A DNA stretch of 64,000 bases, from positions 88,200-152,199 of the forward strand of contig NVVW01000001.1 in NCBI GenBank assembly GCA_002733505.1, given 5' to 3'. The position numbers and the translations under genes were made by a program. This DNA comes from Methylophaga sp. (GTDB taxonomy: Bacteria > Pseudomonadota > Gammaproteobacteria > Nitrosococcales > Methylophagaceae). A model generated the notes under the pieces. It searched no databases, was not told the origin of the DNA, and was given only the letters and a program-made list of their open reading frames with translations. Below, one piece after another: positions 1 through 9,405 of this stretch (its first letter is position 1; every line of letters begins with the position of its first letter).

Positions 1-150
1 ATGTGTTTAACGTTTAAGATGGAAGTCACATTCTATTCAGCATACGTTCAGCTTAGTTTTGCTAAGGTAAGCCATAACAGCCAATAAAAGAGCTGGGGTA
101 CTAAAATTTAGTAATCACGAAGTACAATTATTTTTCAACCGGAGAGAAAA

Positions 151-570
151 ATGAAACTCAACAAAAAACTTATTCTGCTTGCCAGTGCTGCAACATTAGC
201 GTTTAGCGCGGTATCATTGCCCACTTATGCTGATGATAAATCCTACACCGTGACAGATGAAAAATATCTTGATGCGGATACTTATAAAGGCTTTAAATTA
301 TTCCGCAACTGGTGTGCACGCTGTCATGCTAAATATGGTATGGGTAACGATGATGGCGGCCTTGGTTCAAATTTACTTGAAAGCGTAAAAACAATCTCTA
401 AAGAAGAATTCTTTAGTACTGTTGAAAATGGTAAAGCTGGCCAAATTGGGAGTATGCCAGCATGGAAAGCTAATGCTAAAGTTATGGAGGATCGTGAGCT
501 AATATATAGCTATCTACAAGCACGTTCCGATGGTGCGATTGGCAATATCAAACCTAAAAAAGCAAAATAA
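151..570 (+). CDS. periplasmic monohaem c-type cytochrome
   Basis: 139-aa ORF. Signal peptide MKLNKKLILLASAATLAFSAVSLPTYA. Single CxxCH motif (CARCH). Candidate distal Met in GSMPAW. GGAGAG RBS upstream. Confidence 0.8.
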   Translation: MKLNKKLILLASAATLAFSAVSLPTYADDKSYTVTDEKYLDADTYKGFKLFRNWCARCHAKYGMGNDDGGLGSNLLESVKTISKEEFFSTVENGKAGQIGSMPAWKANAKVMEDRELIYSYLQARSDGAIGNIKPKKAK

Positions 571-756
571 TTTCCAAGTCATTAGCCCACCTATTCTTTA
601 ACCCATTGCTTTTAGTTAACGAGCTCTGGGTTATCGAATAGCAATTCACATTTTTCCACTCAAAATAAAAACTGTTAGCATTTAACCTCAAGCGCATAGG
701 CTTTTTTCGGGGTTTAAAAACCATCTATTTTAGGTGTTTCTCTCATTTTAACGATT

Positions 757-908
757 TATATACCCGTAATCATTCAATCTGTGAATTTTCGCTCTTCCGT
801 CACTCCGGTATGCTTTTAGCCGGGATCTCCGCACAAGCAAGACTCTGGCTTGGGGAAGCATAGGGTGACGAGGGGGGTTTTTGCAATTTGAATGATTATA
901 GGTATATA
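757..908. mobile_element. MITE-like element, family 1 (about 152 bp) with about 21-bp terminal inverted repeats
   Basis: Left end TATATACCCGTAATCATTCAA; right end TTGAATGATTATAGGTATATA (19/21 complementary). The core carries the GTCAC/GTCAT...CCGG palindromic module also seen at 8095, 20335, 57340 and 62702. No coding capacity. Confidence 0.7.
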
Positions 909-1231
909 CCTATGATAAATGAAATTGTATTTAGTACTTCATTTGACACAGACCCTAGACATTACGGTACGATTTAAAATAAAAAACAAGTTATCTAACA
1001 CAGTTTCTCTATTCACAATAGATAATCATACCTTTATTATTAGGTGTCCTCAATAAAAACAATAAACCTCTTATAAACAATGCTTTACAGGATGCTTTTA
1101 CCTTTGATGAAAGTTAAATAATATTTCTATTCAGCTTAGGTTCAGTTTCAATGTGGCATAATGTGTGGGCATATAACGCAAAAGTAGAACAGAATATGGC
1201 AAATAACTTTAACAACAACGAGAGAACTATA

Positions 1232-1654
1232 ATGAAATATACAAAAACACTTATCAGCACCGTCCTAGGTGCATCAGTATTACTATCATCGACCGTTATG
1301 GCTAAAGACCATGTAATCAAAGCGACTGCGGTAAAATTTAAACCTCTAGTGGTTAAAATTGCACCTGGTGACACTGTTTCTTGGGAAGATATGAGTATCC
1401 ATCTTGTTGAAACGATAGATGGCATGATCCCTGAAGGCGCTGAGGGTTTTATGTCAAAATTAGGGGAGAATTTCCAAACACCACCATTGACTGTTGAAGG
1501 TGCTTATTTCTACAAATGTACACCTCATTGGGGTGCCGGAATGGGTGGTGTAATTATTGTGGGTAATCCAACAAACCTTGAAGCCATCACCGCTACCAAG
1601 CCTAAAGGTGCTTTCAACCGCTTAGTGAAAAAAGCAAATAAGGCAATGCAATAA
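1232..1654 (+). CDS. pseudoazurin (type 1 blue copper protein)
   Basis: ORF 1151-1654, trimmed to ATG 1232, which precedes signal peptide MKYTKTLISTVLGASVLLSSTVMA. C-terminal copper-ligand loop YKCTPHWGAGMGG (Cys-x2-His-x4-Met) is typical of pseudoazurin. Confidence 0.8.
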   Translation: MKYTKTLISTVLGASVLLSSTVMAKDHVIKATAVKFKPLVVKIAPGDTVSWEDMSIHLVETIDGMIPEGAEGFMSKLGENFQTPPLTVEGAYFYKCTPHWGAGMGGVIIVGNPTNLEAITATKPKGAFNRLVKKANKAMQ

Positions 1655-1689
1655 ATAACAGCCTTAGGTTTTAATTAAAATGTCTATTA

Positions 1690-1736
1690 ATCCACACCTC
1701 TTAACGAACAAGTCGTTAAGAGGTGTGGATTTAGAT
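1690..1736 (+). terminator. rho-independent terminator after pseudoazurin
   Basis: Perfect 18-bp stem ATCCACACCTCTTAACGA / TCGTTAAGAGGTGTGGAT with a 5-nt loop, followed by a T-rich tract. Confidence 0.7.
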
Positions 1737-1785
1737 TATTGTACCCGTGACCCTTCACATTCTTACAGCGAACACCTTTAAATTT

Positions 1786-2037
1786 ATGCGCTTTTTACGT
1801 CTTTTTTTACTGTTCTTACTTACTTCGGCTGCATCTGCATCTGAAGATAAAGTTGAATTACCTTTAACAAAGCAATCTGCTGCTGAAATAATCCAACTAA
1901 AATCTAGTGGTAAAATATTATCGGTAGATAACCAAGAAAAGGATGGGGAAATACTTTTTCTCATCAAAGTACTGCATACTAATGGTAAAATAAAAATTTA
2001 CTCACTTGATGCCTCGACGGGGCTTCCACCAAAATAG
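1786..2037 (+). CDS. small secreted PepSY-like protein
   Basis: ORF 1747-2037, trimmed to ATG 1786 (MRFLRLFLLFLLTSAASA signal). About 60-aa mature domain with a PepSY-like pattern (AAEII...GKILSV...LIKVLHTNGKIKIYSLDASTG). Lies directly upstream of a two-component pair, a common PepSY context. Confidence 0.55.
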   Translation: MRFLRLFLLFLLTSAASASEDKVELPLTKQSAAEIIQLKSSGKILSVDNQEKDGEILFLIKVLHTNGKIKIYSLDASTGLPPK

Positions 2038-2051
2038 TTGTCTGTACTACT

Positions 2052-2732
2052 ATGCGTATATTATTAATCGAAGATGAAAATAAAATTCGTCAACAAATAA
2101 CTAAGCAACTCCAAGAGAAAAATTTAACTGTTGATGCTGCTGATGATGGGAGTGAAGGCCTTTTTCTTGGCTTAGAATACCCTTATGATGTTGCTATTAT
2201 TGATTTAGGGCTCCCTAAATTATCAGGAATTGAAATCATCCAAAAACTTCGTCAACAAAGTAAAAGTTTTCCCATACTCATCTTAACAGCGAGAGGACGT
2301 TGGCAAGATAAGGTTGAAGGCTTAGAAGCCGGTGCTGATGATTATCTTGTCAAACCTTTTCATTTTGAAGAGCTTTTAGCGCGAATTAATGCACTTGCTA
2401 GGCGTGCGTCCGGTTGGTCAAGTTCTGCTTTGCAGTGTGGCGCATTGCGCCTAAACCCTAGTAGCCAAGATGTCACTAACAATGATAAACCGGTTGAGCT
2501 AACTGCCTATGAATACCGTCTATTGCATTATATGATGTTGCATGCAGGCGAAGTATTGTCTAAAACCGAACTCACCGAACATATCTACGAACAAGATCAT
2601 GACCGTGATAGTAATGTTATCGAGGTTTTTATCAAGCGCCTGCGAGCCAAGCTTGATCCTGACAAGAAAATCAACCCAATAGAAACATTACGTGGGCGCG
2701 GATATCGGTTAACATTACCGCGTGCTAATTAA
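2052..2732 (+). CDS. OmpR/PhoB-family response regulator
   Basis: 226 aa. Receiver domain (MRILLIEDE..., VAIIDLGLP, LILTAR) plus winged-helix output (ELTAYEYRLLHYMM, IETLRGRGYRL). Confidence 0.9.
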   Translation: MRILLIEDENKIRQQITKQLQEKNLTVDAADDGSEGLFLGLEYPYDVAIIDLGLPKLSGIEIIQKLRQQSKSFPILILTARGRWQDKVEGLEAGADDYLVKPFHFEELLARINALARRASGWSSSALQCGALRLNPSSQDVTNNDKPVELTAYEYRLLHYMMLHAGEVLSKTELTEHIYEQDHDRDSNVIEVFIKRLRAKLDPDKKINPIETLRGRGYRLTLPRAN

Positions 2733-4077
2733 ACAACTTTCTTTTCGAAACCGCTTACTGCTTACCGCAACTTTAGTCTTAGTTGCCTTTTTAGGTCTGT
2801 CTGCCTTCAGTTTAAATAATGCATTTAAAACAAGTGCTGACAAAGCGCAATACCAAAGACTACAAAACTATGTTTATAGCATTTTATCCCTTATTGAATT
2901 TCATAATAGCGGTTTAGTTAAGATGCCTTCTAGGCTACCCGAACCAGAGTTTTCTATCCCAAACTCTGGTTTATATGCCCAAATCTCTCGAGATCAACAT
3001 ATCTTTTGGCAGTCACCTTCTGCATTAGGCCGCTCTTTAAATTTACCGCTGAAAACCGAAGGTAGCTTGACCGAGCAAGTATCCGTCGTGACAATTAAAG
3101 ATGAAGGTGATTTTATTACCATGACGTATGATATTGTTTGGGAAAATGACTTTGAGCAAAATTTTAATTTCACCCTCAATATAGCAGAAGCATTAAGTTC
3201 AATTAAACAAGAAAAAATGGGTTTCCAGCGTAGCTTATGGTATTGGTTAGGTGGCACAGGATTAATGTTGTTAATTGCTCAAGCATTAATATTACGCTGG
3301 AGTTTACGCCCTTTAAATGATGTGGCTGATGATCTGAATGCGATTAAAAGCGGTGATAAAAAGCGCTTATCTAAGGATTACCCGGCAGAGCTTAATCAAC
3401 TTACCCAAAATATCAATATTCTGCTTGATCATGAATATTCGCGTCGAGAGCGTTATAAAAACTCACTTGCTGATCTTGCTCATAGTTTGAAAACACCTTT
3501 AGCTGTCTTGCGAGGTGAATTCGATAGCAATACTCAAATTTCTGAATTACGTACCACCGCAAACGAACAATTAAATCGTATCTCAGACCTAGTAGATTAT
3601 CAATTACAACGCGCTTCTACTGAAGGTCAAAGTAGCTTACAAGCACCTGTGTCGCTTGGGGACATGATCTCTAAAATATTAAAATCACTTGATAAAGTTT
3701 ACCTCGCAAAAAAGATCCACCACCAATTTGAAATACAACAAGACATCTTTGTTCATGCAGATGAAGGCGACATGTATGAGTTATTAGGGAACTTGCTTGA
3801 TAACGCCTATAAATACTGCAATAAGCAGGTCAATATTCTAGTTCATTGGCAATCTAGCCTGCTTGAAATAATCATTGATGATGATGGTTCTGGCGTACCA
3901 GAACGTGAAAAACATACCATTATAAAACGTGGCAAACGTATTGATACTGAAGTCGAAGGCCATGGACTTGGCTTAGCGATAGCAAGTGATATTGTTAATG
4001 CTTATCAAGGCTCAATTAACTTAACAGAAAGCCCGATTGGCGGGGCACGGTTTATTATTCAATTACCTAAAAGCTAA
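2722..4077 (+). CDS. sensor histidine kinase (PhoQ/QseC-like architecture)
   Basis: 451 aa. GTG start overlaps the regulator stop. Two TM segments flank a periplasmic domain. H-box LADLAHSLKTPLAV; N/G boxes GNLLDNAYKY, DDDGSGVP, GHGLGLAIA. Confidence 0.85.
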   Translation: MLIKQLSFRNRLLLTATLVLVAFLGLSAFSLNNAFKTSADKAQYQRLQNYVYSILSLIEFHNSGLVKMPSRLPEPEFSIPNSGLYAQISRDQHIFWQSPSALGRSLNLPLKTEGSLTEQVSVVTIKDEGDFITMTYDIVWENDFEQNFNFTLNIAEALSSIKQEKMGFQRSLWYWLGGTGLMLLIAQALILRWSLRPLNDVADDLNAIKSGDKKRLSKDYPAELNQLTQNINILLDHEYSRRERYKNSLADLAHSLKTPLAVLRGEFDSNTQISELRTTANEQLNRISDLVDYQLQRASTEGQSSLQAPVSLGDMISKILKSLDKVYLAKKIHHQFEIQQDIFVHADEGDMYELLGNLLDNAYKYCNKQVNILVHWQSSLLEIIIDDDGSGVPEREKHTIIKRGKRIDTEVEGHGLGLAIASDIVNAYQGSINLTESPIGGARFIIQLPKS

Positions 4078-4598
4078 ATTTGCCCTGCTTGGCATTGTTG
4101 CAAATATTTAAACAATAACCGTGCTGATTTAGCGGGCTTGTTCTGCTCCACTTCTTTATTAGCATTTCTGACTAATTGACGAACATGCTGAATATCAAAA
4201 TCATTAAATTCCGTGCGTAATGTTGCCATCACATCATTATCGCCTGCCAGCAATTGATCTCGCCACTGTTCTAATTGATGGAACTGTTTAATTTCACCAT
4301 TATGCTGCTGGCGTATCTTATCTAGGCTGAGTTTGATTTCGTCGTAATTCTCATCAACCATTAAGCCGCCAATAGTTCCCGTTTGCCTCTTTAATGCGCC
4401 CCGCGTCATACCTTGAGCTTTTAGCAATGCTTCATACAAACGCTCAGATAAATTAAGTTTATCGAGATCTTTAATGGGTAGCTTAAGTAGCTCTTTTCCT
4501 AAGTCTTTTAACGCTAATAACTCGCGTTTGACTTGAGATTTGCTTTTCTCAAATTGCCATTCGTCTTCGTATGTCCCTTTTTCACCAAATTTTTTCAT
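4074..4598 (-). CDS. yjgA: YjgA/DarP-family (DUF615) ribosome-associated protein
   Basis: 174-aa highly charged helical protein. N-terminal SKSQVKRELLALKDLGKELLKL pattern matches my recollection of the YjgA family. ATGA overlap with the upstream usp gene. Confidence 0.7.
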   Translation of the reverse strand: MKKFGEKGTYEDEWQFEKSKSQVKRELLALKDLGKELLKLPIKDLDKLNLSERLYEALLKAQGMTRGALKRQTGTIGGLMVDENYDEIKLSLDKIRQQHNGEIKQFHQLEQWRDQLLAGDNDVMATLRTEFNDFDIQHVRQLVRNANKEVEQNKPAKSARLLFKYLQQCQAGQI

Positions 4599-5464
4599 CG
4601 TATTAGCAAAAAGTTAGTGCTACTTTCTAGCAACATTCGAGTAGTAAAACTGCCAAAGAATAGACCATGTACTTTGCCGTGGCTAAATGCACCCATTGCT
4701 GTGGTATCAATATCATTTTCCTGCTGATAACGAATAAGTTCTCCAACTGCTTCGCCTGATATGGCTTTAGTTTTTGTATTGATATTACCTTGCGCTAAAA
4801 CACTTTTTCCTTCAGCGACAAGCTTCTCTGCATCCGCTAAGTTTTTATCAACACAGACCAAATGCACTTCTAATGATGCCGTACAAAACATGCCTTGTTT
4901 AATAAATTCTAGTGCTATTTTAGAAGTTGGACTGCCGTTATAAGCAAACATTAATTTTTTAGGTTCAGCTAGCTTTTCATCTTTCACGATAAATATGGGA
5001 GTATGAATGGCGCGTATAGCCTCTTCTAATTGCGAGCCTAAGCCTTTTTTATTGCCGTCGTGATCTTCACCTTTAGAGCCTAATACAACCATTATTATTT
5101 CAGCTTCTAGATCAGCCAATGCTTCTGGTAGTGTACCGTGACGCTGTTTTGCAATGATCTCTGTTAAGCCTGCTTGCTCAGCCATATTCTTGGCATTGTT
5201 TAATATCGTTTTACCTTCAGCAATAAGCCGTTTACTTTCAGCACGCTCTTCATCTGACAGCTCATCTAATAAATGTTCTTTCATATTTGGCGTGAGTCTG
5301 CCTTCATGGTCGGCATTTTCGCTACGATGTGAATGCTCGATAGTGTGCAAAAACTTAATAGGAGACTGACTATTTTGTGAAAGCCAAATAGCATAGCCTG
5401 AAACGGCATTGCCAAGCTCTGAACCATCTATGCACGCAAGCACGTACTTTTTAGCTGAACTCAT
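4595..5464 (-). CDS. tandem-domain universal stress protein (UspA family)
   Basis: 289 aa with two Usp-like halves. Each ends in a glycine-rich ATP-loop-like motif (VVLGSKGEDHDG; TAMGAFSHGKVHGLFFGSFT). Confidence 0.8.
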   Translation of the reverse strand: MSSAKKYVLACIDGSELGNAVSGYAIWLSQNSQSPIKFLHTIEHSHRSENADHEGRLTPNMKEHLLDELSDEERAESKRLIAEGKTILNNAKNMAEQAGLTEIIAKQRHGTLPEALADLEAEIIMVVLGSKGEDHDGNKKGLGSQLEEAIRAIHTPIFIVKDEKLAEPKKLMFAYNGSPTSKIALEFIKQGMFCTASLEVHLVCVDKNLADAEKLVAEGKSVLAQGNINTKTKAISGEAVGELIRYQQENDIDTTAMGAFSHGKVHGLFFGSFTTRMLLESSTNFLLIR

Positions 5465-5466
5465 TA

Positions 5467-6957
5467 TTAATTTCCCCCCATAATTTTTTCAATTTCTTCA
5501 GGTTTATCATGTACGGCAAATTTATCAAGCAAGGTTTCACTGGCATCATTTAAGCCAATAATACTGACGTCTGCACCTTCACGACGCAATTTAATCACTA
5601 CTTTATCCAATGCTGCTACCGCTGTAATATCCCAAAAATGGGCACGATGGACATCAATTACAATTTTATCAACCGCTTCCTTAAAGTCAAAAAAGGCGAT
5701 AAATTTATCAGATGAATTAAAAAAGACTTGTCCTATAATAGTATAGCTTCGTGTATCTGTGTCCTCATTATAAGCTGATTCGACATACATAAACTGACTT
5801 AAGCGTTGTGCCATAAATAATGAACCAATCAAAATCCCGGTAAATACACCGAATGCTAGGTTATGTGTCCAAACTACCACTATGACCGTTGCTATCATTA
5901 CTGTAGAGGCACTAGTTGGGTTAGTTTTAAGCGATTTAAGTGACCCCCAATCAAAGGTACCAATCGATACCATAATCATCACCGCAACTAATGCCGCCAT
6001 CGGCACGATAGACAAAATATCGCTTAAAAACACCACTAGAATCAATAAAAATACACCTGCAACCATAGTCGACAAACGACCGCGACCACCCGATTTTACA
6101 TTAATAATTGATTGACCAATCATCGCACAGCCTGCCATGCCACCAATGAGACCTGAGCCAATATTAGCAATGCCCTGCCCTTTGCACTCACGTTTTTTAT
6201 CACTTTCAGTATCGGTTAGCTCATCAATCACATTGGCAGTCATTAATGATTCCAACAAGCCGACAATAGCAATAGATATTGAATACGGCAGGATAATGCT
6301 AAATGTTTCCCAGTTAAGCGGCACATCCGGCCATAAGAAAATAGGTAAGGTATCAGGTAAATCACCCATATCACCGATAGTACGGACATCAATATCCATA
6401 AAATAAACAATCAGTGTAATCACCACAATATTAACCAGTGGTGAGGGTAAAATCTGACCCAGTTTAGGTATATAAGGGAACAGATAGATGATTCCTAATC
6501 CTAGCGCCGTTAAAGCGTAAACATGCCATGTCACACCGGTCAACTCAGGTAATTGAGCCATAAATATCAATATTGCCAAGGCATTCAAAAAACCCGACAT
6601 CACTGATTTAGAGATAAAACTCATGAACTTATGGAGGTTAAGGTAGCCTGCCACAATCTGCAAAATCCCCGCCAACACTGTTGCGGCTAATAAATACTGC
6701 AAGCCATGATCTTTAACTAATGTAACCATTAATAATGCTGTTGCAGCAGTGGCAGCAGAAATCATCCCTGCACGACCACCTACAACGGCTATCATTACTG
6801 CAATCGCAAATGAAGCATACAAGCCCACTTTAGGATCAACACCAGCAATGATAGAAAAAGCAATGGCTTCTGGCACTAACGCCAATGCAACAACAATTCC
6901 AGCAAGAATGTCTCCTCGGATATTCCCCAGCCAGTCTTGTTTAGCCGATAACAGCAT
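5467..6957 (-). CDS. SulP-family anion transporter with C-terminal STAS domain
   Basis: 496 aa. Polytopic membrane core followed by a STAS-like tail (IIGQVFFNSSDKF...IDVHRAHFWDITAVAALDKVVIKL). Confidence 0.9.
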   Translation of the reverse strand: MLLSAKQDWLGNIRGDILAGIVVALALVPEAIAFSIIAGVDPKVGLYASFAIAVMIAVVGGRAGMISAATAATALLMVTLVKDHGLQYLLAATVLAGILQIVAGYLNLHKFMSFISKSVMSGFLNALAILIFMAQLPELTGVTWHVYALTALGLGIIYLFPYIPKLGQILPSPLVNIVVITLIVYFMDIDVRTIGDMGDLPDTLPIFLWPDVPLNWETFSIILPYSISIAIVGLLESLMTANVIDELTDTESDKKRECKGQGIANIGSGLIGGMAGCAMIGQSIINVKSGGRGRLSTMVAGVFLLILVVFLSDILSIVPMAALVAVMIMVSIGTFDWGSLKSLKTNPTSASTVMIATVIVVVWTHNLAFGVFTGILIGSLFMAQRLSQFMYVESAYNEDTDTRSYTIIGQVFFNSSDKFIAFFDFKEAVDKIVIDVHRAHFWDITAVAALDKVVIKLRREGADVSIIGLNDASETLLDKFAVHDKPEEIEKIMGGN

Positions 6958-7092
6958 AGTGCGCTTCCTTAATACAAATTTAACAGAGTATTATACCGCA
7001 AAAATAATTAGATACTTATCTGTATCTTTTCATTTAAGATGATTAACAATTAGCGTATATTACAATTCGTTAATCATTAGTTTATCCTCAAA

Positions 7093-8073
7093 ATGGAGTT
7101 ATCGGTGAATACACATAAATTCAAAATGCAAGGTAGCTTATCTATCAGCACTATTATTTTTATTCTAGTGGTTGTTGTTGCTGGCGGAGCTTATGCGTAT
7201 ATTGACAATCAAGCTGATCTGCGTGCAGAAGAAGTAATAATATCAATAGTTGAAGATGCGAAAGCACAAGGGGTAGATATTAGTTATGACACCATTGATA
7301 CATCCCCTATCGCACGTAGTATCACCCTACAAAATTTCAAAATTAGCGGTGCACAACAAGCTCCTGATGTGATCCTTGGTAATGTCGTTATTTCTGGCTT
7401 AAATTGGCGGTCACTTCAGGATGCACAAGACCATATCCCTTTATCTATGAGCATAGAGATTACTGATGGTAAAATACTGTTAGATGAAGAAATGATTGGT
7501 GATGATCAAGACCTAAAATCATTTGTGGAGGTAATGGGAGATGAACTTAACTTCACACTACATGCAAACTATAACGTAGATGAATCAACAGGAATTCTTA
7601 CCGCTTCGCTTGTACAACAACTTGATGATAATTTCAGTCTCAAAGCTAATTTAGAATTTGGAAATACGGGCTGGTTGGCCTATGTGAAAACGGGTGAGCC
7701 TTTAGATAATTTAATCTTGGATTTATTGGCAACCACGCTGAATGATCTTTCAATAGCATTTCGAAATGAAGGGATTATTGAAAAGATCCGCACCGTATCA
7801 GCAAAACAAACGGGGCTATCAAGTCAACAGCTAACCGAACAAGCGGTTCAAAACATCCGTCAAATACAAGCATCATTACAAAACTACAACCCGGTCTACT
7901 CGCTTATGCTTGAAGAGCTTATAAAATTCACTGAGCAACCTAATCAACTACTTATCAGTATCGATCCTGAACAGCCTTTAACCAGTGATGATTTTCTAAA
8001 AGTGTTTATGGGCGGCCAATCTGCCCCATTTGATTTAATGAAAAAAGCACAACTATTTATTAGAGCAAACTAA
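7093..8073 (+). CDS. hypothetical membrane-anchored protein
   Basis: 326-aa ORF with one N-terminal TM (ISTIIFILVVVVAGGAYAYI). No family recognised. Start codon uncertain. Confidence 0.5.
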   Translation: MELSVNTHKFKMQGSLSISTIIFILVVVVAGGAYAYIDNQADLRAEEVIISIVEDAKAQGVDISYDTIDTSPIARSITLQNFKISGAQQAPDVILGNVVISGLNWRSLQDAQDHIPLSMSIEITDGKILLDEEMIGDDQDLKSFVEVMGDELNFTLHANYNVDESTGILTASLVQQLDDNFSLKANLEFGNTGWLAYVKTGEPLDNLILDLLATTLNDLSIAFRNEGIIEKIRTVSAKQTGLSSQQLTEQAVQNIRQIQASLQNYNPVYSLMLEELIKFTEQPNQLLISIDPEQPLTSDDFLKVFMGGQSAPFDLMKKAQLFIRAN

Positions 8074-8094
8074 GTTAATCATCATCTATGCCCG

Positions 8095-8232
8095 TGATCA
8101 TTCAATGTGTGCATTTTCGCTCCTCCGTCACTCCGGTATGTTTTAAGCCGGAGTCTTGTTTGTGTGGAGATCCCGGCTAAAATCATACCGGGATGACGAA
8201 GATTTTTTTGCAAATTGAAGTAATTTGGGTAT
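8095..8232. mobile_element. MITE-like element, family 1 (hybrid termini)
   Basis: Left end TATGCCCGTGATCATTCAA (variant-1 TIR). Right end TTGAAGTAATTTGGGTATAA (variant-2 TIR, as in the 48934 copy). The core is homologous to the 757-908 copy. Confidence 0.65.
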
Positions 8233-8382
8233 AACGGCGAATTAAGCTTTGCATAAAAAATGTACGCTTGAACGATTTGTTCTCATCTCCTTCGGGGGTG
8301 AAACAAACCGTTCAAGTGGTTAACTCGCCGGAGGCGGTGGGAACAATTATTCTTAGTCCGTTTCGATTGCTTTTGATGAGAT

Positions 8383-8547
8383 TTACTCCCCTTGAACCGT
8401 CACAATCACCCGTCGGTGGTGACTATGGGTACGGTGCTCCCACAAATATACGCCTTGCCAAATACCTAAATCACCACGACCATTGCTCACAGGAATAGTC
8501 AGATCAGGATTAGTAAGCACCGTTCTGATATGTGCGCTCATATAGTT
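8383..8547 (-). pseudogene. orphan 3' fragment of a second, diverged yjbQ (UPF0047) paralog
   Basis: The last about 54 codons (YMSAHIRTVLTNPDLTIPVSNGRGDLGIWQGVYLWEHRTHSHHRRVIVTVQGE) match the YjbQ C-terminal consensus. Upstream residues of the 80-aa ORF are unrelated. About 50 percent identical to the neighbouring fragment at 8706-8954. Confidence 0.6.
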
Positions 8548-8705
8548 TGTACGGATGACCAACAATAAAAATGGACAAGCTAAACTCATATAAAATATCA
8601 TTCCCATTAAATTAACTTCGTCCACTTTTTTGTTCTTTTATGGACAAAACTCATACCATATGTCCATTTTTTGCCGTAAATTTTAATAGTGAACTAAATG
8701 ACAGA

Positions 8706-8954
8706 CTACTCTTTTCCATTTATGGTCACAATGATATTTCTACTGCCACCCTTATTTCTATGCTCACAAAGATAAACTCCTTGCCATATTCCAATATTTA
8801 AATTGCCGTTTGTTATCGGTAAACTTAGGTTGAACCCTAGAATACTACCTTTGATGTGTGCAGGAATATCATCCGAACCTTCATCCATATGTTTATAATA
8901 AGGTTGATTTTCTGGTACCGTACGGTTGAAGAAACATTCAAAGTCTTCACGTAC
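8706..8954 (-). pseudogene. yjbQ: yjbQ 3' portion (C-terminal about 80 codons), separated from its 5' portion by the insertion
   Basis: Reading the minus strand from about 8949 gives EDFECFFNRTVPENQPYYKHMDEGSDDIPAHIKGSILGFNLSLPITNGNLNIGIWQGVYLCEHRNKGGSRNIIVTINGKE. This is colinear with the C-terminal two thirds of YjbQ. The ORF track shows only the last 60 aa. Confidence 0.75.
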
Positions 8955-8972
8955 TGTACCACTACACTTAGC

Positions 8973-9401
8973 GATGGTCGGGCTATCCGCACATTCAATG
9001 TGATTGACGACTATAACCGTGAAGCTTTGGGAATTGAGGTCGATTTATCACTACCAAGTGCTCGGGTCATTAGAGCATTAGAACAAATCATTGAATGGCG
9101 CGGTAAACCTAAGGCGATACGCTGTGACAATGGATCTGAATATATCAGCCAAACTCTTGTTGACTGGACGAATAAGCATCACATTACCTTGCTGTATATT
9201 CAGCCTGGAAAACCAACACAAAATGCGTATATTGAACGATTTAATCGGACTGCTCGTCATGAATGGTTAGATCTTCACTTGTTTGAATCAATTGAGCATG
9301 CTCAATTACTAGCCACACAATGGATTTGGACTTACAATAACGAACGGCCGCATTCAGCAATTGGTGGTGTTCCACCTCGGTACTTACTGGATGTAGCATA
9401 A
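8973..9401 (+). mobile_element. IS3-family transposase OrfB, C-terminal remnant (IS407-group-like)
   Basis: Residues from about AIRTFNVIDDYNREALGIEVD through IRCDNGSEYIS...YIQPGKPTQNAYIERFNRT...YNNERPHSAIGG show the DDE/RNase-H core of IS3-family OrfB. OrfA and the N-terminal part of OrfB are absent. The first about 40 codons of ORF 8856-9401 are antisense yjbQ, not transposase. Confidence 0.8.
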
Positions 9402-9405
9402 ACCT

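Noticed and set aside
1104-1117. FNR/ANR box upstream of pseudoazurin (TTGATGAAAGTTAA).
   Set aside because: The second half-site matches only 3 of 5 positions. AT-rich DNA makes chance matches likely. It is kept only as a remark.
8268-8498. 76-aa plus-strand ORF.
   Set aside because: It is antisense to the yjbQ-like fragment and overlaps a hairpin-rich spacer. It has no RBS or recognisable family.
8856-8972. The N-terminal about 40 codons of the 181-aa plus-strand ORF, which could be read as part of the transposase.
   Set aside because: This stretch is the antisense of the yjbQ 3' portion. Transposase homology only begins around AIRTFNVIDD (about 8973). The long ORF is a chance fusion across the junction.
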